Source: Giardia intestinalis
Lineage: Eukaryota
Reading direction: 5' to 3' (one strand)
Assembly: GCA_000002435.2 (NCBI GenBank)
Contig: CM018792.1
Length of the DNA: 64,000 nt
Shown: one piece after another, positions 38,646-49,360 of the stretch
Position numbering within the stretch: position 1 is the first letter of the stretch
Layout of the letters: each line of letters begins with the position of its first letter
Notes under the pieces: model-generated
What the model was told of the DNA's origin: nothing
The model's database searches: none
What the model saw: only the letters and a program-made list of their open reading frames with translations
Position numbers and translations under genes: made by a program

Positions 38646-39989
38646 ATGTCTCACCAAAGGCCTGAAATATTTGATAATTTTGCTGGCGCACAGGTCATGA
38701 CGGTTGATGGCGAACCACAGCGTGATCTAAACCAAGCTAGGAGAATAGTGCTGGAGATGAAGGAGCCACTTTGTCGAATTCCTGAGGATCTGCGCTCACT
38801 CCTATCTGTAACCATATCGGTGTATTGCATTGAAACACCAAGCGCCCTCGTTTCCACCATCATTAAGAATATGCCGCCGGAGGCTTCTATAGCGCTAGTA
38901 ACTGGCTGCAGATTCTTGGCAGTTAGAGATGGCCCTCGAGGGAAGACGGTCACCGTTCTCTCCACAGCTTTTTTGTCTGGTCTGGACGAAAGCGTGACAC
39001 AGCAATTGTTTATCCACGCAGATACGTTGCTGCTCACGCCAGAGGCTCGCTCACGCATCAGTCTCCTTCAGGACATCATCGAAGACCCGCCAACCTCCTT
39101 TGAAACAGTAGGCCATATAGCACACTACAATCTTCGAGAGGCTCACCTCCCGTATAGGTACTTCATAGGCGCCGTCACCTGTGAAAAGGAGCCTGCCATC
39201 ACCACGGTTATCACCAAGATAGACACGGTTCAATCGCAGTACCGTACATACAACTTTGAGCTGATCGGAGGAGTCCCGCGGTATGACGTGAAGCTCGTGC
39301 AAGACGGAATAACCTACTCATTTAATTACACTAAGGTTTACTGGAACTCGCGGCTCTCACATGAGCACTTGTCACTTGCTCAGCATATCAACCAGACTAT
39401 CTGTCCCAATGACCTGGTGTTAGATGGGACATGTGGGATTGGTCCTCACGCCTTACTTCTAGCTAAACGTTTCAACTTTACCAATCTCATTTGCAATGAC
39501 TTGAACCCAGATGCATACAAATCCCTTAAAATGAATGTTCGTATAAATAAAGCAGAGAATGCCATTACATGCTTCAACGAAGATGTTTCCTCCCTTCTTA
39601 GGCGATTATTGCCGGAAACTAACCTTAAGGCTGTTATTTTCAGCCTCCCAGAACTCTCTATAAATCTGTTACAGGCTATGAAGGGGGTCCCTGATATCTA
39701 CTGCTTCCTTGAATGCTTCACACGAGCCCCTCCACACCTTGCATACTATGATTTGCTGCTTCGATGCTCTGAGTCTCTGCTTGATACTAAGGTATGTACC
39801 GGTATACAGCAGGCCTTATCGGACATAGAGAAGGTTGCAGAAAATAAAGAGTTGATAGACCTGTTAATAGCATGCTATGAGACATTTGAGGTCAAGGAAA
39901 TCCGGACTGTTTCAACTAATAAATTCATGTACAGGGTGACCCTAAAGATCAATGAACAAAAGGAAACAGTAAAGGTATTGAAAAAGTGA
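38646..39989 (+). CDS. TRM5: tRNA (guanine37-N1)-methyltransferase TRM5
   Basis: Trm5 motifs: ETVGHIAHYNLRE, KVYWNSRL, LDGTCGIGPHAL (AdoMet-binding) and NDLNPDAYKSL. The track start 38583 is a TTG. First ATG at 38646; an alternative is ATG 38697. Confidence 0.85.
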   Translation: MSHQRPEIFDNFAGAQVMTVDGEPQRDLNQARRIVLEMKEPLCRIPEDLRSLLSVTISVYCIETPSALVSTIIKNMPPEASIALVTGCRFLAVRDGPRGKTVTVLSTAFLSGLDESVTQQLFIHADTLLLTPEARSRISLLQDIIEDPPTSFETVGHIAHYNLREAHLPYRYFIGAVTCEKEPAITTVITKIDTVQSQYRTYNFELIGGVPRYDVKLVQDGITYSFNYTKVYWNSRLSHEHLSLAQHINQTICPNDLVLDGTCGIGPHALLLAKRFNFTNLICNDLNPDAYKSLKMNVRINKAENAITCFNEDVSSLLRRLLPETNLKAVIFSLPELSINLLQAMKGVPDIYCFLECFTRAPPHLAYYDLLLRCSESLLDTKVCTGIQQALSDIEKVAENKELIDLLIACYETFEVKEIRTVSTNKFMYRVTLKINEQKETVKVLKK

Positions 39990-39997
39990 GACTGTCA

Positions 39998-42900
39998 TTA
40001 CTGGGGCCTTCTTTTACCGGGCATGGCAGTCTGTGGTGGAGTGGTGAGCTTACGAGTTGTGGATGGCCTGCTTGCCGTGTTGGACTTAGCACCGGTACTC
40101 GGTCGTCCTTTCTTGCCCTTGGCTCCCTTCTTGCCCTTCTTGCCTTTGGTGCTCTTAGTAGGTCGAGGAGGCGTTTCAGGAGGAGTGAGCAAAGACTCGG
40201 TCACATCATAGCCGATGGGTCTTGCAATGGTATATGTCCCCGCGGCGACAGGAGCCATGCGCTCTATCACCTGGGCCATTATGTCTGGGTTCATCGCCCC
40301 TGTTGTCCTGTTTAGGTGTCTGCTTTGATAAGCACGGTTGATGATCTGGTTGTAGCTGTTTCTGAGGAGCTCAACCAACTTCTCTGCCTTCTTATTAATT
40401 TCTTCAACCTGCTTAATCTTTTGCTGGAGCTCACCTGCCTTCGCTTCCAGATCATCTATTTCTGCTTGATGAGTTAATTCTGCCTCTGTCATTTGCTTCA
40501 TGATATTTTGGTATTCCTCGTCAGCCTTGGATACGGCGAGCACTTCTTCGGCCAAATTGGCTTGTGCATTGGTTATTTGCTGCTGTATTTGGGCTGTAAT
40601 TAACGGTATCCGCTCTGTCTGTGCTTCGGTAGATTCCACAGCAATGTGTGATGCATCTTCTGTTTGCCTTATCTTCTGCTCTAGACTGGCCTTTTGCCGG
40701 ATAAACGCGTCCACCATTTCCTCTGTAAGAGCCTGAATCGAGCGTCTATGGCTGTCAGCCTCTGCCACCGTCTGAGTCATGAAATCGAGCTCTTCCTGAA
40801 GGATGTTCAATTGCTGCGTTTCTATCTTGTGCTCTGCAATCTGCTGCCTAAGCTTAGATGGGACACTCATTGTCACTGAACGTCGATTTCGTTTGAGAAT
40901 ATCTAAAAGTTTCAATGCGCTGGCATGCGAAACCTGGTTGCCACGCATTATCACCGTGGTGAGATTCTTGTTTTCCATAAGCATCGCTATGCCTATGTCG
41001 CCACCCTTAGACCCGATAAAGTTATCTCTTAAGTTCAAGCATACTAGGCTAGGCAAATTCAAACAAGCGAATGCCAGGGCGATAAATCCCGTATCTGAAA
41101 TGTGGCAAGTGGCTAAGTCGAGCGATCGAAGGCTCTTATTTACGCGTTCAGGGTTCAATAGCCTTGGTTTAGGCCGATATAGCTTTGCGCGCTCGAAGTC
41201 TGTGTAATACGAAATCACTTCGTTCATGTCCAGCTGGTCACAAAGGAGGGCACTGGCCAAGAGAGTTGCTCCGTGGTTATCGAGCTTGTTGTACGAAAGG
41301 TTTATGTGTCTGAACTGTGGTCTTGTACTGGCCAGTTTGCAAAAGTAGGCAATCCCTTGCTCGCGGATTCCATTAGACGAAAGATTGAGAGATGTAATAT
41401 TTGAATATTTAAGGTTTTGAAGATCTACATACGGTATGTATGTGCTATCTATTCCCATGTTGACGGCCAGTTGCTCCATCTGTGAGTACAAATCGTCCAA
41501 ACTTTGAGCATCCTCATTAACCTCATGCCCCTCTTCGGGGTTATATTCGCCATGATAGAGTGGCAGTTGCTTTGTCGTTTCGTTAATACTATTCTCCGAT
41601 ATATTGACAAAATGAGAATCATCGTCAGCTGTGTGCGCGTCGTTAACCATGGGTGTCTCACTATCCCTGGCCAGCAGCTCCATTGTTCTGTCTGCCATAC
41701 TATCGATAACATCCTCAGTGTTACTCGCGCCTGCAAAGCGGACGAATTCCTGAGGCTCTTTGGTGGGTTGCCCTCTGTCCCTAGAAGGAATGGCCACCTT
41801 GGTAACTATTTTGCCGGCAGTATCTCTTATTATAACAAGCTTGTTAGGGGCATTGCGCTTACCCTCGATTATTTTGTCAAAAAAGTCTTGCATATGATCG
41901 TATTCAGCCATCTGAACGTCTTGTTCCTCAGGCTTTTGTTCATCGTGAATAACTTTTTTAAGGAAGGCGTTGAAGTGGTCCCTATCAAGGCTGACGTCGA
42001 TGAGTGGGTTGGATAGTACACCACATATAATGGACACACCATCATCACCAAGTGCGCAGTTTTCCATTGCGAGAGTCGTCAGAGACCTAGAGCAAGACAG
42101 CCCATGTGCAATTGACATGGCCCCATCCAACCCCAAGGGGTTTCCAGACAAGTACAATTCTTGTAGAACACATCTAGGATTAGCAATAATGCAAGCTACC
42201 ATCGGCGCTGTGATAAACGTCATATGATTCCGCGACAAGTCGAGCCGTAGAAGAGACCCGTTGCGCCCCAGGCCGCGCAGAACTGCCGTGACACCGGCAT
42301 TTCCAAGTCGGTTAGCAGATAGATCAAGTGCGGTGAGTGTTGTGTTAACAGCGAGCATCGCACCTATGCTTGTCGGTCCATCTATGTCCAAAGACGCTGC
42401 ACCGAAACGACGCCGAGCGGTGCTGGATCCAGCCGGCCCATCAATCCCAGCTAAACCAATAAAGTTACCATTAAGGCCCAGATACTTCAATGTGTTGTTG
42501 TACATCAGCGCTTTCGCAATCCGAGCTGCAGAAGACGAATCAACGTAGTTGTTGTGGAGAGTTCCCGAAGAAGAGAACCCTTGTCTGCGTGGAGCTGCAA
42601 AAATGTATCCGGTCGGCTTTCCAAGCTCTATAGCTTCCAAGCCAGTGCCTCCCTGCAAAATCTCTGCCAGAGCCATACAGCCCTCCGTACCAATATTGTT
42701 ACAGCCCACACAGAGGCGCTTAAATGTTGAGTGCCGCTCTGAAAACTTCAACAAAGCCATGAAGCCGGTATCTTTAAGCATATTGTCATAGGCATCAATA
42801 TATGTAATTTGGTCAGATTCTAGACGCTTCATAAGAGTGATGGCACCTGCAGGACCAATCCGTATGGAACGTACTGACATACCGTTGCCTTTACTGGACC

Positions 42901-43015
42901 GAAAGACTTTGGTCATCCAATCCAAACCCTCCCTTGATGGAAGCTCCTCATTATCACGGCATATAGACAAGTAAACATCACGTATGAAATCTTGAGTGGA
43001 CCAAATGGGCTCCAT
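39998..43015 (-). CDS. Leucine-rich-repeat (RNI-like) plus long coiled-coil protein with a Lys/Gly-rich basic tail (1005 aa)
   Basis: LxxLxLxxNxIGxxG repeats at the N-terminus, about 300 aa of coiled coil, and a C-terminal KSTKGKKGKKGAKGKKGR. ATG verified at 43015. Confidence 0.55.
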   Translation of the reverse strand: MEPIWSTQDFIRDVYLSICRDNEELPSREGLDWMTKVFRSSKGNGMSVRSIRIGPAGAITLMKRLESDQITYIDAYDNMLKDTGFMALLKFSERHSTFKRLCVGCNNIGTEGCMALAEILQGGTGLEAIELGKPTGYIFAAPRRQGFSSSGTLHNNYVDSSSAARIAKALMYNNTLKYLGLNGNFIGLAGIDGPAGSSTARRRFGAASLDIDGPTSIGAMLAVNTTLTALDLSANRLGNAGVTAVLRGLGRNGSLLRLDLSRNHMTFITAPMVACIIANPRCVLQELYLSGNPLGLDGAMSIAHGLSCSRSLTTLAMENCALGDDGVSIICGVLSNPLIDVSLDRDHFNAFLKKVIHDEQKPEEQDVQMAEYDHMQDFFDKIIEGKRNAPNKLVIIRDTAGKIVTKVAIPSRDRGQPTKEPQEFVRFAGASNTEDVIDSMADRTMELLARDSETPMVNDAHTADDDSHFVNISENSINETTKQLPLYHGEYNPEEGHEVNEDAQSLDDLYSQMEQLAVNMGIDSTYIPYVDLQNLKYSNITSLNLSSNGIREQGIAYFCKLASTRPQFRHINLSYNKLDNHGATLLASALLCDQLDMNEVISYYTDFERAKLYRPKPRLLNPERVNKSLRSLDLATCHISDTGFIALAFACLNLPSLVCLNLRDNFIGSKGGDIGIAMLMENKNLTTVIMRGNQVSHASALKLLDILKRNRRSVTMSVPSKLRQQIAEHKIETQQLNILQEELDFMTQTVAEADSHRRSIQALTEEMVDAFIRQKASLEQKIRQTEDASHIAVESTEAQTERIPLITAQIQQQITNAQANLAEEVLAVSKADEEYQNIMKQMTEAELTHQAEIDDLEAKAGELQQKIKQVEEINKKAEKLVELLRNSYNQIINRAYQSRHLNRTTGAMNPDIMAQVIERMAPVAAGTYTIARPIGYDVTESLLTPPETPPRPTKSTKGKKGKKGAKGKKGRPSTGAKSNTASRPSTTRKLTTPPQTAMPGKRRPQ

Positions 43016-43099
43016 TCCTGCAGGAAGGTGTGGGCTACGTTAGAAGGCTAGCTGAAACTAAGATTTTGATTTTTATTCTTAACCAAACGATGCCTACTT

Positions 43100-43726
43100 T
43101 TACTTCTTAAGGAACTTGACGAATCTTCCTCTTCCCTTTCCACGTTGCGCCCTGCCACCACTTGGTCCTCCTTGACGCTCTCTCTGTGGACCAACGTACG
43201 TGCGCTTTGGAATGACGGTTAACTGTTCTCCATGAAAGAGCGTCCCATGCTTTGTGGCGATGACCCGGTTAACATCCTCGATTGTCGAGCACTTGATCAC
43301 AGCTGTGCGCAGCCCGCGGAACCCGTTTCTTCCCATATGCACCGCCTGGACTGAGCAAATTGCGCCAAATTCGTTACGCAGCATCACTTCTGTAACCGTC
43401 CGGGCAATATTTGTCACAAAAACAGAAACCTTGTCCGTCTCAGTTTGGATGTATAGAGAGTCGTCGCCCTTCTCCTCTGGAAGCTCTGAGACCAAGGTAT
43501 CGAGATCTATTTCTGCTGATTGAATGTCTGCAAGCTGTAGCAACGTGTGGAGGAGGACAAAGCCATTATCGGGAAGGGTCTTGAAGTATGCATAATCAGG
43601 GTCATCTGGCTCTACTAACTGCACAGTTGATTCGTCGGGAATACTCGTGCCTTCACCCTTTACTGCGTCCTCTCCCTGGCCCTTATTCTTCTCGGCCTGT
43701 CTTTGTCGCAGTAGAGTCAAGCTCAT
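43100..43726 (-). CDS. RRM-domain RNA-binding protein with a C-terminal RGG-like tail
   Basis: RRM-like core (KVSVFVTNI ... GFRGLRTAVIKC) and a GRAQRGKGRGR tail. The track start (44038) is non-ATG and would overlap the divergent ankyrin gene. Start placed at ATG 43726 (MSLTLLRQ...). Confidence 0.45.
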   Translation of the reverse strand: MSLTLLRQRQAEKNKGQGEDAVKGEGTSIPDESTVQLVEPDDPDYAYFKTLPDNGFVLLHTLLQLADIQSAEIDLDTLVSELPEEKGDDSLYIQTETDKVSVFVTNIARTVTEVMLRNEFGAICSVQAVHMGRNGFRGLRTAVIKCSTIEDVNRVIATKHGTLFHGEQLTVIPKRTYVGPQRERQGGPSGGRAQRGKGRGRFVKFLKK

Positions 43727-43864
43727 CCGTCCTCCAGCTCGTCCCGGCTCAACGTTGCTGGACTTGTTAAGCTTTTTGCCATATGCAATGAAGTAAAATA
43801 CAACAGAGTTTGACCATAAGATGTGCGCGTAATTTGAATAATTCTGGAGTAGAAAAAATCTTCT

Positions 43865-46021
43865 ATGGTTAACGAGCTCGATTGGTGGACTGCCGTGGAG
43901 AATAGCAATGTGCCCATGCTTCTGGGAATAGTATCTGTTTACGCCGGCTGCCGCAATCATGTTGGTCAGACTGCGTTGCACATGGCTGTCCAGATGCAGA
44001 GCGTCGCCATGATCCAGGTCCTGGCTGCGCACGAACATTCACTCCTGACTCCCGACGGCCGCACCGCGCTTATGTTAGCGATTGAGGGGAAGTACCTCGA
44101 GGGTATCGATCTCCTTGTGCCGTATGAAGCTGAGTATATAACGCCTCTGGGAACCACTGCGCTGATGTATGCTGCACAGGTAGGATACGTCCCAGCTGTG
44201 GAGAGACTCCTTGGGTATAACCTGGGCCTCGTTGATAGCTCAAATCGCACCGCACTTATCTATGCTGTGGAGCACAAGAACACGGAAGCAATGAAGTTGA
44301 TCCTGTCCAAGGGAGGAGCATCGTTCATGGCGGATGCTAGGTCTGCGCTGGACATTGCAAAGAGCACAAACCAAGACCTTGCTGCCAGGATATTGACCGA
44401 TTATATTTCCAAGCATGAGTATCTCGGGCAGGAAGTCGATCAGGGACCACTTGTGCCCAACTCTGGAGACACTACTAATAGTCTCAATCGTATTACCGGT
44501 GTTATGGAAGATCTTGATGAAGTGAAGAGCATTCTTAGCGCAATTCAGAAATCTGCCAATCCTATCGATGTAGAGGCAGTGCTAGCAGAGGAGCGACGTC
44601 TTTCTAGTACTAGCCCAGATAAGGGTAGCATGAACACAACGAGCCCTCTTACAAATAGTTTTAGATACAAAGCAGATATTGTGTCTCCCGTGCGTGGCAC
44701 GTCCCAAAATAACAATGACAGTTCTTCTCTTTATCCTGCGCCCAACGGTGGCAACGATGGCCTAGATTCCATAATGCGTATCAACCCAATAGAAACTGAG
44801 ATTAACACGCTCAAAGCCAGTTTCCGGTCTATCGGCAATACTGGCAAGCCATATGTAACAAAGTCAGGCAAGCTCATTAGCACACCTTCGTCTGAACTAA
44901 ACTCGGCTGCTAACACTCCTACTGGCCCTGGGATAACTGACACCAGACGGATGAGGGGTGCTAGGGAGTCGACGGTAGGGAAACAGTCGGGCATTACTTC
45001 TTCTTTTACTCAGAGCAAGCTTGCTAGCACTACTCGTGGAGTGACGAGCATCACTGCATCGAAGCGCGCATTTTCAATCGCCCGCCAAAGGCGCCCACTG
45101 TGTTTCGGGGAGGATAATCTCGGAAAAGCCTCCGTTGTCTCCGGTATAGATCTAAACGCTACTAAGAATCACTCTTCAACGATGAAACTGGACAATAATG
45201 ACCACACTGCCCTTATGGAAGCGGCACGCCTCGGAAACGTTTCTCGCGTTAAGGAACTTATCAAATCGGAATCGGGAAGGCAAAATAAAGATGGCTATAG
45301 TGCCCTGATGTATGCCAGTATAATGGACCAGCTAGAATGTGCACAAATCCTGATTCCTTACGAGGTTGGCTTGACTACTGACAACGGTTGGACATCGCTC
45401 ATGCTTGCAGCAGAAATGGGAAACATCCGCTTGGTCAACGAGCTTTTGCCTCACGAGGCCTGCTATCAGGACCACGATGGGTATACTGCCCTTATGATAG
45501 CTGCCGAAGAGGGACATGGAGACGTGGTAAAGCTCCTCATTTCAAAGGAGGCGGGTATGAATGATAACCAGGGTGGCTCTGCACTTATGAGGGCCGCGTC
45601 CAACGGGCACTCCAACATTGTCGCACTATTGGTGCCCCACGAAGGTGGGATGCAACGTAAAGACGGATACACCGCCCTCATGAGTGCTGCGTACCATGGA
45701 CATCTGGCTTCTGCTGAGCTATTGGTTCCTGAAGAGGCTGGAATGACAATGGGTGACGGCTGGACGGCCTTGATGTGTGCTGCACAGAATGGGCACTTAG
45801 GTGTTGTCCGATGTCTAGGTTCTGAGGAAGGAATGAAGACTATCTCTGGCTGGTGCGCCGTTATGAGCGCCGCAAGCAACAACCACCGCAAAGTGGTCGA
45901 TCTGTTAGTCAATGAGGTCCCTATAAAAGATAAGTCGGGAAATGACGCACGCACCTATGCTAAGCTAAATGGTCACGACGCACTCTTTGATTACATGTCC
46001 GGGTATGAAAGAAGAAGGTAA
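43865..46021 (+). CDS. Ankyrin-repeat protein (protein 21.1 family, 718 aa)
   Basis: ATG at 43865. Long Ser/Thr-rich middle region, then about 10 ankyrin repeats. Confidence 0.85.
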   Translation: MVNELDWWTAVENSNVPMLLGIVSVYAGCRNHVGQTALHMAVQMQSVAMIQVLAAHEHSLLTPDGRTALMLAIEGKYLEGIDLLVPYEAEYITPLGTTALMYAAQVGYVPAVERLLGYNLGLVDSSNRTALIYAVEHKNTEAMKLILSKGGASFMADARSALDIAKSTNQDLAARILTDYISKHEYLGQEVDQGPLVPNSGDTTNSLNRITGVMEDLDEVKSILSAIQKSANPIDVEAVLAEERRLSSTSPDKGSMNTTSPLTNSFRYKADIVSPVRGTSQNNNDSSSLYPAPNGGNDGLDSIMRINPIETEINTLKASFRSIGNTGKPYVTKSGKLISTPSSELNSAANTPTGPGITDTRRMRGARESTVGKQSGITSSFTQSKLASTTRGVTSITASKRAFSIARQRRPLCFGEDNLGKASVVSGIDLNATKNHSSTMKLDNNDHTALMEAARLGNVSRVKELIKSESGRQNKDGYSALMYASIMDQLECAQILIPYEVGLTTDNGWTSLMLAAEMGNIRLVNELLPHEACYQDHDGYTALMIAAEEGHGDVVKLLISKEAGMNDNQGGSALMRAASNGHSNIVALLVPHEGGMQRKDGYTALMSAAYHGHLASAELLVPEEAGMTMGDGWTALMCAAQNGHLGVVRCLGSEEGMKTISGWCAVMSAASNNHRKVVDLLVNEVPIKDKSGNDARTYAKLNGHDALFDYMSGYERRR

Positions 46022-46050
46022 ATGCTTTTTATAAATTATAAAGAGAGGGC

Positions 46051-47493
46051 ATGCAGCTGGCCAGCGTCGAGGATTGGTTTAGGGCCGTATCGAACAGGGA
46101 GTACCGCCTTGTTTCCACCAACCTATTCCAGTATAAGCAGTCTCGAGACAGCAAGGGAGAGACTGCGCTTATGTGGGCGGCGCGCCACGGCGACTTGGAG
46201 CTTGTCCACATACTGGCCCCAGCCGAGCATGCAATGGTCAACAGCGAGGGCTACACATCTATTATGCTTGCGGCGGCCGGAAACCACTACGAGATATGTA
46301 AGATATTGGCTCCCTTTGAGGCTCGCGACACACTTCCAGATGGCAGGACTGCCCTTATGTTAGCAGCAGAGGCGGGCTCGCTGGAATCAGTACAGGTGTT
46401 GGTACGTTATAATAGATTCAGTTTTGACAAGCGAGGACGAACAGCATTGACAATAGCCGCGGAAAATAATCGGATTGATTGTGTTATAGAGCTCCTAGAT
46501 GGCGTTCATGGGCGATACTGCTATGATTCTAGGATGGCCTTGATCATAGCAGCCGAGAAGCATTATGAGGAGCTGGCTAAGCTTCTTGCGGATTATATTT
46601 CCGAGGCTCAACCAAATTTACTGCAGGAGCATGCGCCGGTAGGCGAAAAGGACGACTCCAATCTGCTTAGTATGGATACGTCGAACATCGTGGTGGACGT
46701 GCAGTCAGATTTTGCAGAATTAAGAAAGCTACTTAAGCTGTACAAGGAAGAGGCAGCTGCTAAGGATCTAGCGCTTCTAAATATGAACTCTCTTCTAGTG
46801 GAGGCCGATACAACAGACGCTCGCAGTGCAAACCAGTCTCTTAGCGAGGCATCTAGACTGTCAAGCTCTCTTGTCACTAGAACGGGCTTATTTGATAGTG
46901 GGGGTCCAGGCAACTCCCCTGGCTCCATTATTGGTATGGGGAGGGCTGCCAATCTTGAGAGGCTTCTACGGGACGTCCCCCAGCCTTACCAAAACGCACT
47001 CATGACCGCCTCCCTAACTCGAATGTATGAGAGCGATGACTGCATGACTGCAATGATGGGGGCAGCATACCTTGGCCACGTGGCTGTTGTGGAGGCCCTA
47101 ATGGACACTGAGGCTGCTCGCCGAAACAAGACGGGGCATACGGCTTTAATGATCGCAATTCAATATGATCACCAGAAGGTCGCTGAATTACTGATACCCC
47201 TCGAGTTTGGTATTGTCGACAATGAAGGCTGGACAGCCCTTATGCTGGCGGCCCAACGCGGGAATATCCATTTGGTGACTCAACTTATCGATCACGAAGC
47301 TGGCGCCCAAGCAAATGATGGGTGGACAGCTTTGATGAGTGCTGCGTTTAATGGACACTTAGAATGTACCCGGATTCTGGCTTCTGTCGAAGGAGGAATC
47401 GTGGACTATCATGGGAAAAGTGCATCCCAATATGCACAGGAAGCAGGCCACACTGAGATAGCCCGTCTTCTTCTGGATATGACTGGGATATGA
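46051..47493 (+). CDS. Ankyrin-repeat protein (protein 21.1 family, 480 aa)
   Basis: ATG at 46051, 29 bp after the previous stop. Ankyrin repeats at both ends. Confidence 0.85.
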   Translation: MQLASVEDWFRAVSNREYRLVSTNLFQYKQSRDSKGETALMWAARHGDLELVHILAPAEHAMVNSEGYTSIMLAAAGNHYEICKILAPFEARDTLPDGRTALMLAAEAGSLESVQVLVRYNRFSFDKRGRTALTIAAENNRIDCVIELLDGVHGRYCYDSRMALIIAAEKHYEELAKLLADYISEAQPNLLQEHAPVGEKDDSNLLSMDTSNIVVDVQSDFAELRKLLKLYKEEAAAKDLALLNMNSLLVEADTTDARSANQSLSEASRLSSSLVTRTGLFDSGGPGNSPGSIIGMGRAANLERLLRDVPQPYQNALMTASLTRMYESDDCMTAMMGAAYLGHVAVVEALMDTEAARRNKTGHTALMIAIQYDHQKVAELLIPLEFGIVDNEGWTALMLAAQRGNIHLVTQLIDHEAGAQANDGWTALMSAAFNGHLECTRILASVEGGIVDYHGKSASQYAQEAGHTEIARLLLDMTGI

Positions 47494-47516
47494 TCACCTA
47501 CTTTCTTATTCTAGTA

Positions 47517-49331
47517 CTAATATGCCTCAACGTGAACTCTATTCTCAGAGCGCATTGTACGGTATTTCTCTGCTCCCACCATGTTTTCAATCACTTTATT
47601 AGATGTATCAACCGCATCATTTGCAGGCCCGCAATAATATACACTCAAGTCCGGTCTATTCAGATCTCTCAACAATCTATCAGGAATGGATGACGAATGG
47701 ATAACGTCCCCCATACGCTTCCCTTTGTAAATGTGCAAAAATGTTCCGTGTGCTGATGTGAAGCTATCTATGTCTAAGCCCTTGCCTTGATTATCTGTCC
47801 CATCATCTCTAGTGAGGCAAAGAACTACGTTTATGACCCCATTCTCCACATCTCGACGGAGCTCCTCTAAAAGCTGCGGCTCTGCATGCGGTATGCTTAA
47901 TAAGAGTAAGTAAGGAGCTAAAGTCTCCACACCATCCATACTAGCTATGGCTGAACGGAGTTCATGATATGCACGGAATGGAGCAAAACCCGAGCCAAAT
48001 GCAACTCCAATGAGTGCCGTCTTTCCACCAAGTAACATAGTAAGCCCAGAATCGCTGAGAAATTGGTTCTGTAGTATTGCAATACGGATGGGCTCGTTAG
48101 AGATAAGAGCTCGTTGAAGATACGAGGGGCCCAAACTATTCTGGATAGAATGTCCATTTCTTGGCTTTGGATTGCCTACTAAAAGGTCCACAGTGCATAC
48201 AGTGTTAGAATCTTCATCCGGATGAGGTAAGGATGCAACACTGTAAAGTCTAGGGTCGATACGAGGACACACACGCAAAAACTTGCCCAGAGGTATCCGT
48301 AGACTGCTAAAATCCAACAGAAAATCATAGATGGTAGGCCATTGGTAAGACAGAATGTCAAATAGAACTGCGTCTTCCGTGAGATACTTTAATTTGAACT
48401 TGTCCTCTGAAGTAGTAGCATATGGGGCTAAAAACGAAATGAGGTTGTACGATGGCTTTGCATTCACGTTACATACGCGACTCAGCAAGTCAACAATCGA
48501 GATAGGATCAGCGGGAAGGTCTGGATCATGAGGGGAATCGATCTGTATAAAGGCAGTAGAGTCTATCGATGTGTCATGCAATGTAAGTACTCCCAAATCG
48601 AGCAGACGATTTATCATGGATTCCTCTATACGTGGGTATACTGCAATGTGTGCTCCTGGAACAAGCATAGGCGAAAGAGTGCTAGGAACGTGCAAATGAT
48701 AAATCCATCCAAAGCTGCTGAGCATGGTGGCAGACAATAACGTAGATTCAGTGATCCGGGGATCAAATAGAGTGTTTTCTGATAAATCGGCGAGATTTTC
48801 TTCGCCGAGTTTCCTTACCGGCACATCCAGAACATGGGAGTCAGTAGTGCCAATTGCAGTGAGAAACTTTTTAACCCAAAGCTGTAACCCTGTCTCCAAC
48901 TCTGATGTGTCTAAGTGGATGGGTTCGACAAGGGTAGGAATGCTGTGACTCTTAAACACGGCTACAGCATCTTGCGATGCTGCACAGAATTGGTGATACT
49001 TGATAGATCCTATGCCTAAAACAGCTATTCGTCTACTAGACCCCAAAAGTTGAGGATTTGCTTCGCGTTTATTGAGCCAGTGACGTGGTCCGGGTTTTGA
49101 CTGCTGCTTAAGGCTTTTCATTAAAGCGTGTGCACTCTGCGGATGCTGTCCGAGTCCATGCGTAGATGTAAGGTAGAGAAGGTCGCCCGTCGGCAAGTCT
49201 TCGAGCGTCCTGATATTCTTGACGTCATACAACTGGGTGGCTATTCCTCGTGAATCCAGAAGCGCTGCTATCTTGTGTGCTAGATTTCTGGCCGTCCCAC
49301 CCACCGTTGCATACACTATGCTCAGGGCCAT
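47517..49331 (-). CDS. NADPH-dependent diflavin oxidoreductase (cytochrome P450 reductase / NDOR1-Tah18-like; flavodoxin plus FAD/NADPH domains)
   Basis: IVYATVGGTARNLA and LTSTHGLGQHP (FMN-binding). RLYSVASLP (FAD RxYS motif). GKTALIGVAFGSGFAPFRAY (NADPH). ATG at 49331. Confidence 0.75.
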   Translation of the reverse strand: MALSIVYATVGGTARNLAHKIAALLDSRGIATQLYDVKNIRTLEDLPTGDLLYLTSTHGLGQHPQSAHALMKSLKQQSKPGPRHWLNKREANPQLLGSSRRIAVLGIGSIKYHQFCAASQDAVAVFKSHSIPTLVEPIHLDTSELETGLQLWVKKFLTAIGTTDSHVLDVPVRKLGEENLADLSENTLFDPRITESTLLSATMLSSFGWIYHLHVPSTLSPMLVPGAHIAVYPRIEESMINRLLDLGVLTLHDTSIDSTAFIQIDSPHDPDLPADPISIVDLLSRVCNVNAKPSYNLISFLAPYATTSEDKFKLKYLTEDAVLFDILSYQWPTIYDFLLDFSSLRIPLGKFLRVCPRIDPRLYSVASLPHPDEDSNTVCTVDLLVGNPKPRNGHSIQNSLGPSYLQRALISNEPIRIAILQNQFLSDSGLTMLLGGKTALIGVAFGSGFAPFRAYHELRSAIASMDGVETLAPYLLLLSIPHAEPQLLEELRRDVENGVINVVLCLTRDDGTDNQGKGLDIDSFTSAHGTFLHIYKGKRMGDVIHSSSIPDRLLRDLNRPDLSVYYCGPANDAVDTSNKVIENMVGAEKYRTMRSENRVHVEAY

Positions 49332-49350
49332 TTCAATACAGGGGTCACCA

Positions 49351-49357
49351 ATTTACT
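49351..49357 (-). promoter_or_regulatory. Poly(A) signal AGTAAAT for CTP synthase, inside the 29-bp spacer before the next gene
   Basis: On the minus strand: ...GM TGA ttAAGTAAATtgg. Confidence 0.5.
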
Positions 49358-49360
49358 TAA

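Noticed and set aside
46022-46363. 113-aa ORF overlapping the start of the 46051 ankyrin gene
   Set aside because: Out of frame with the ankyrin gene, which has a proper ATG 29 bp after the upstream stop.
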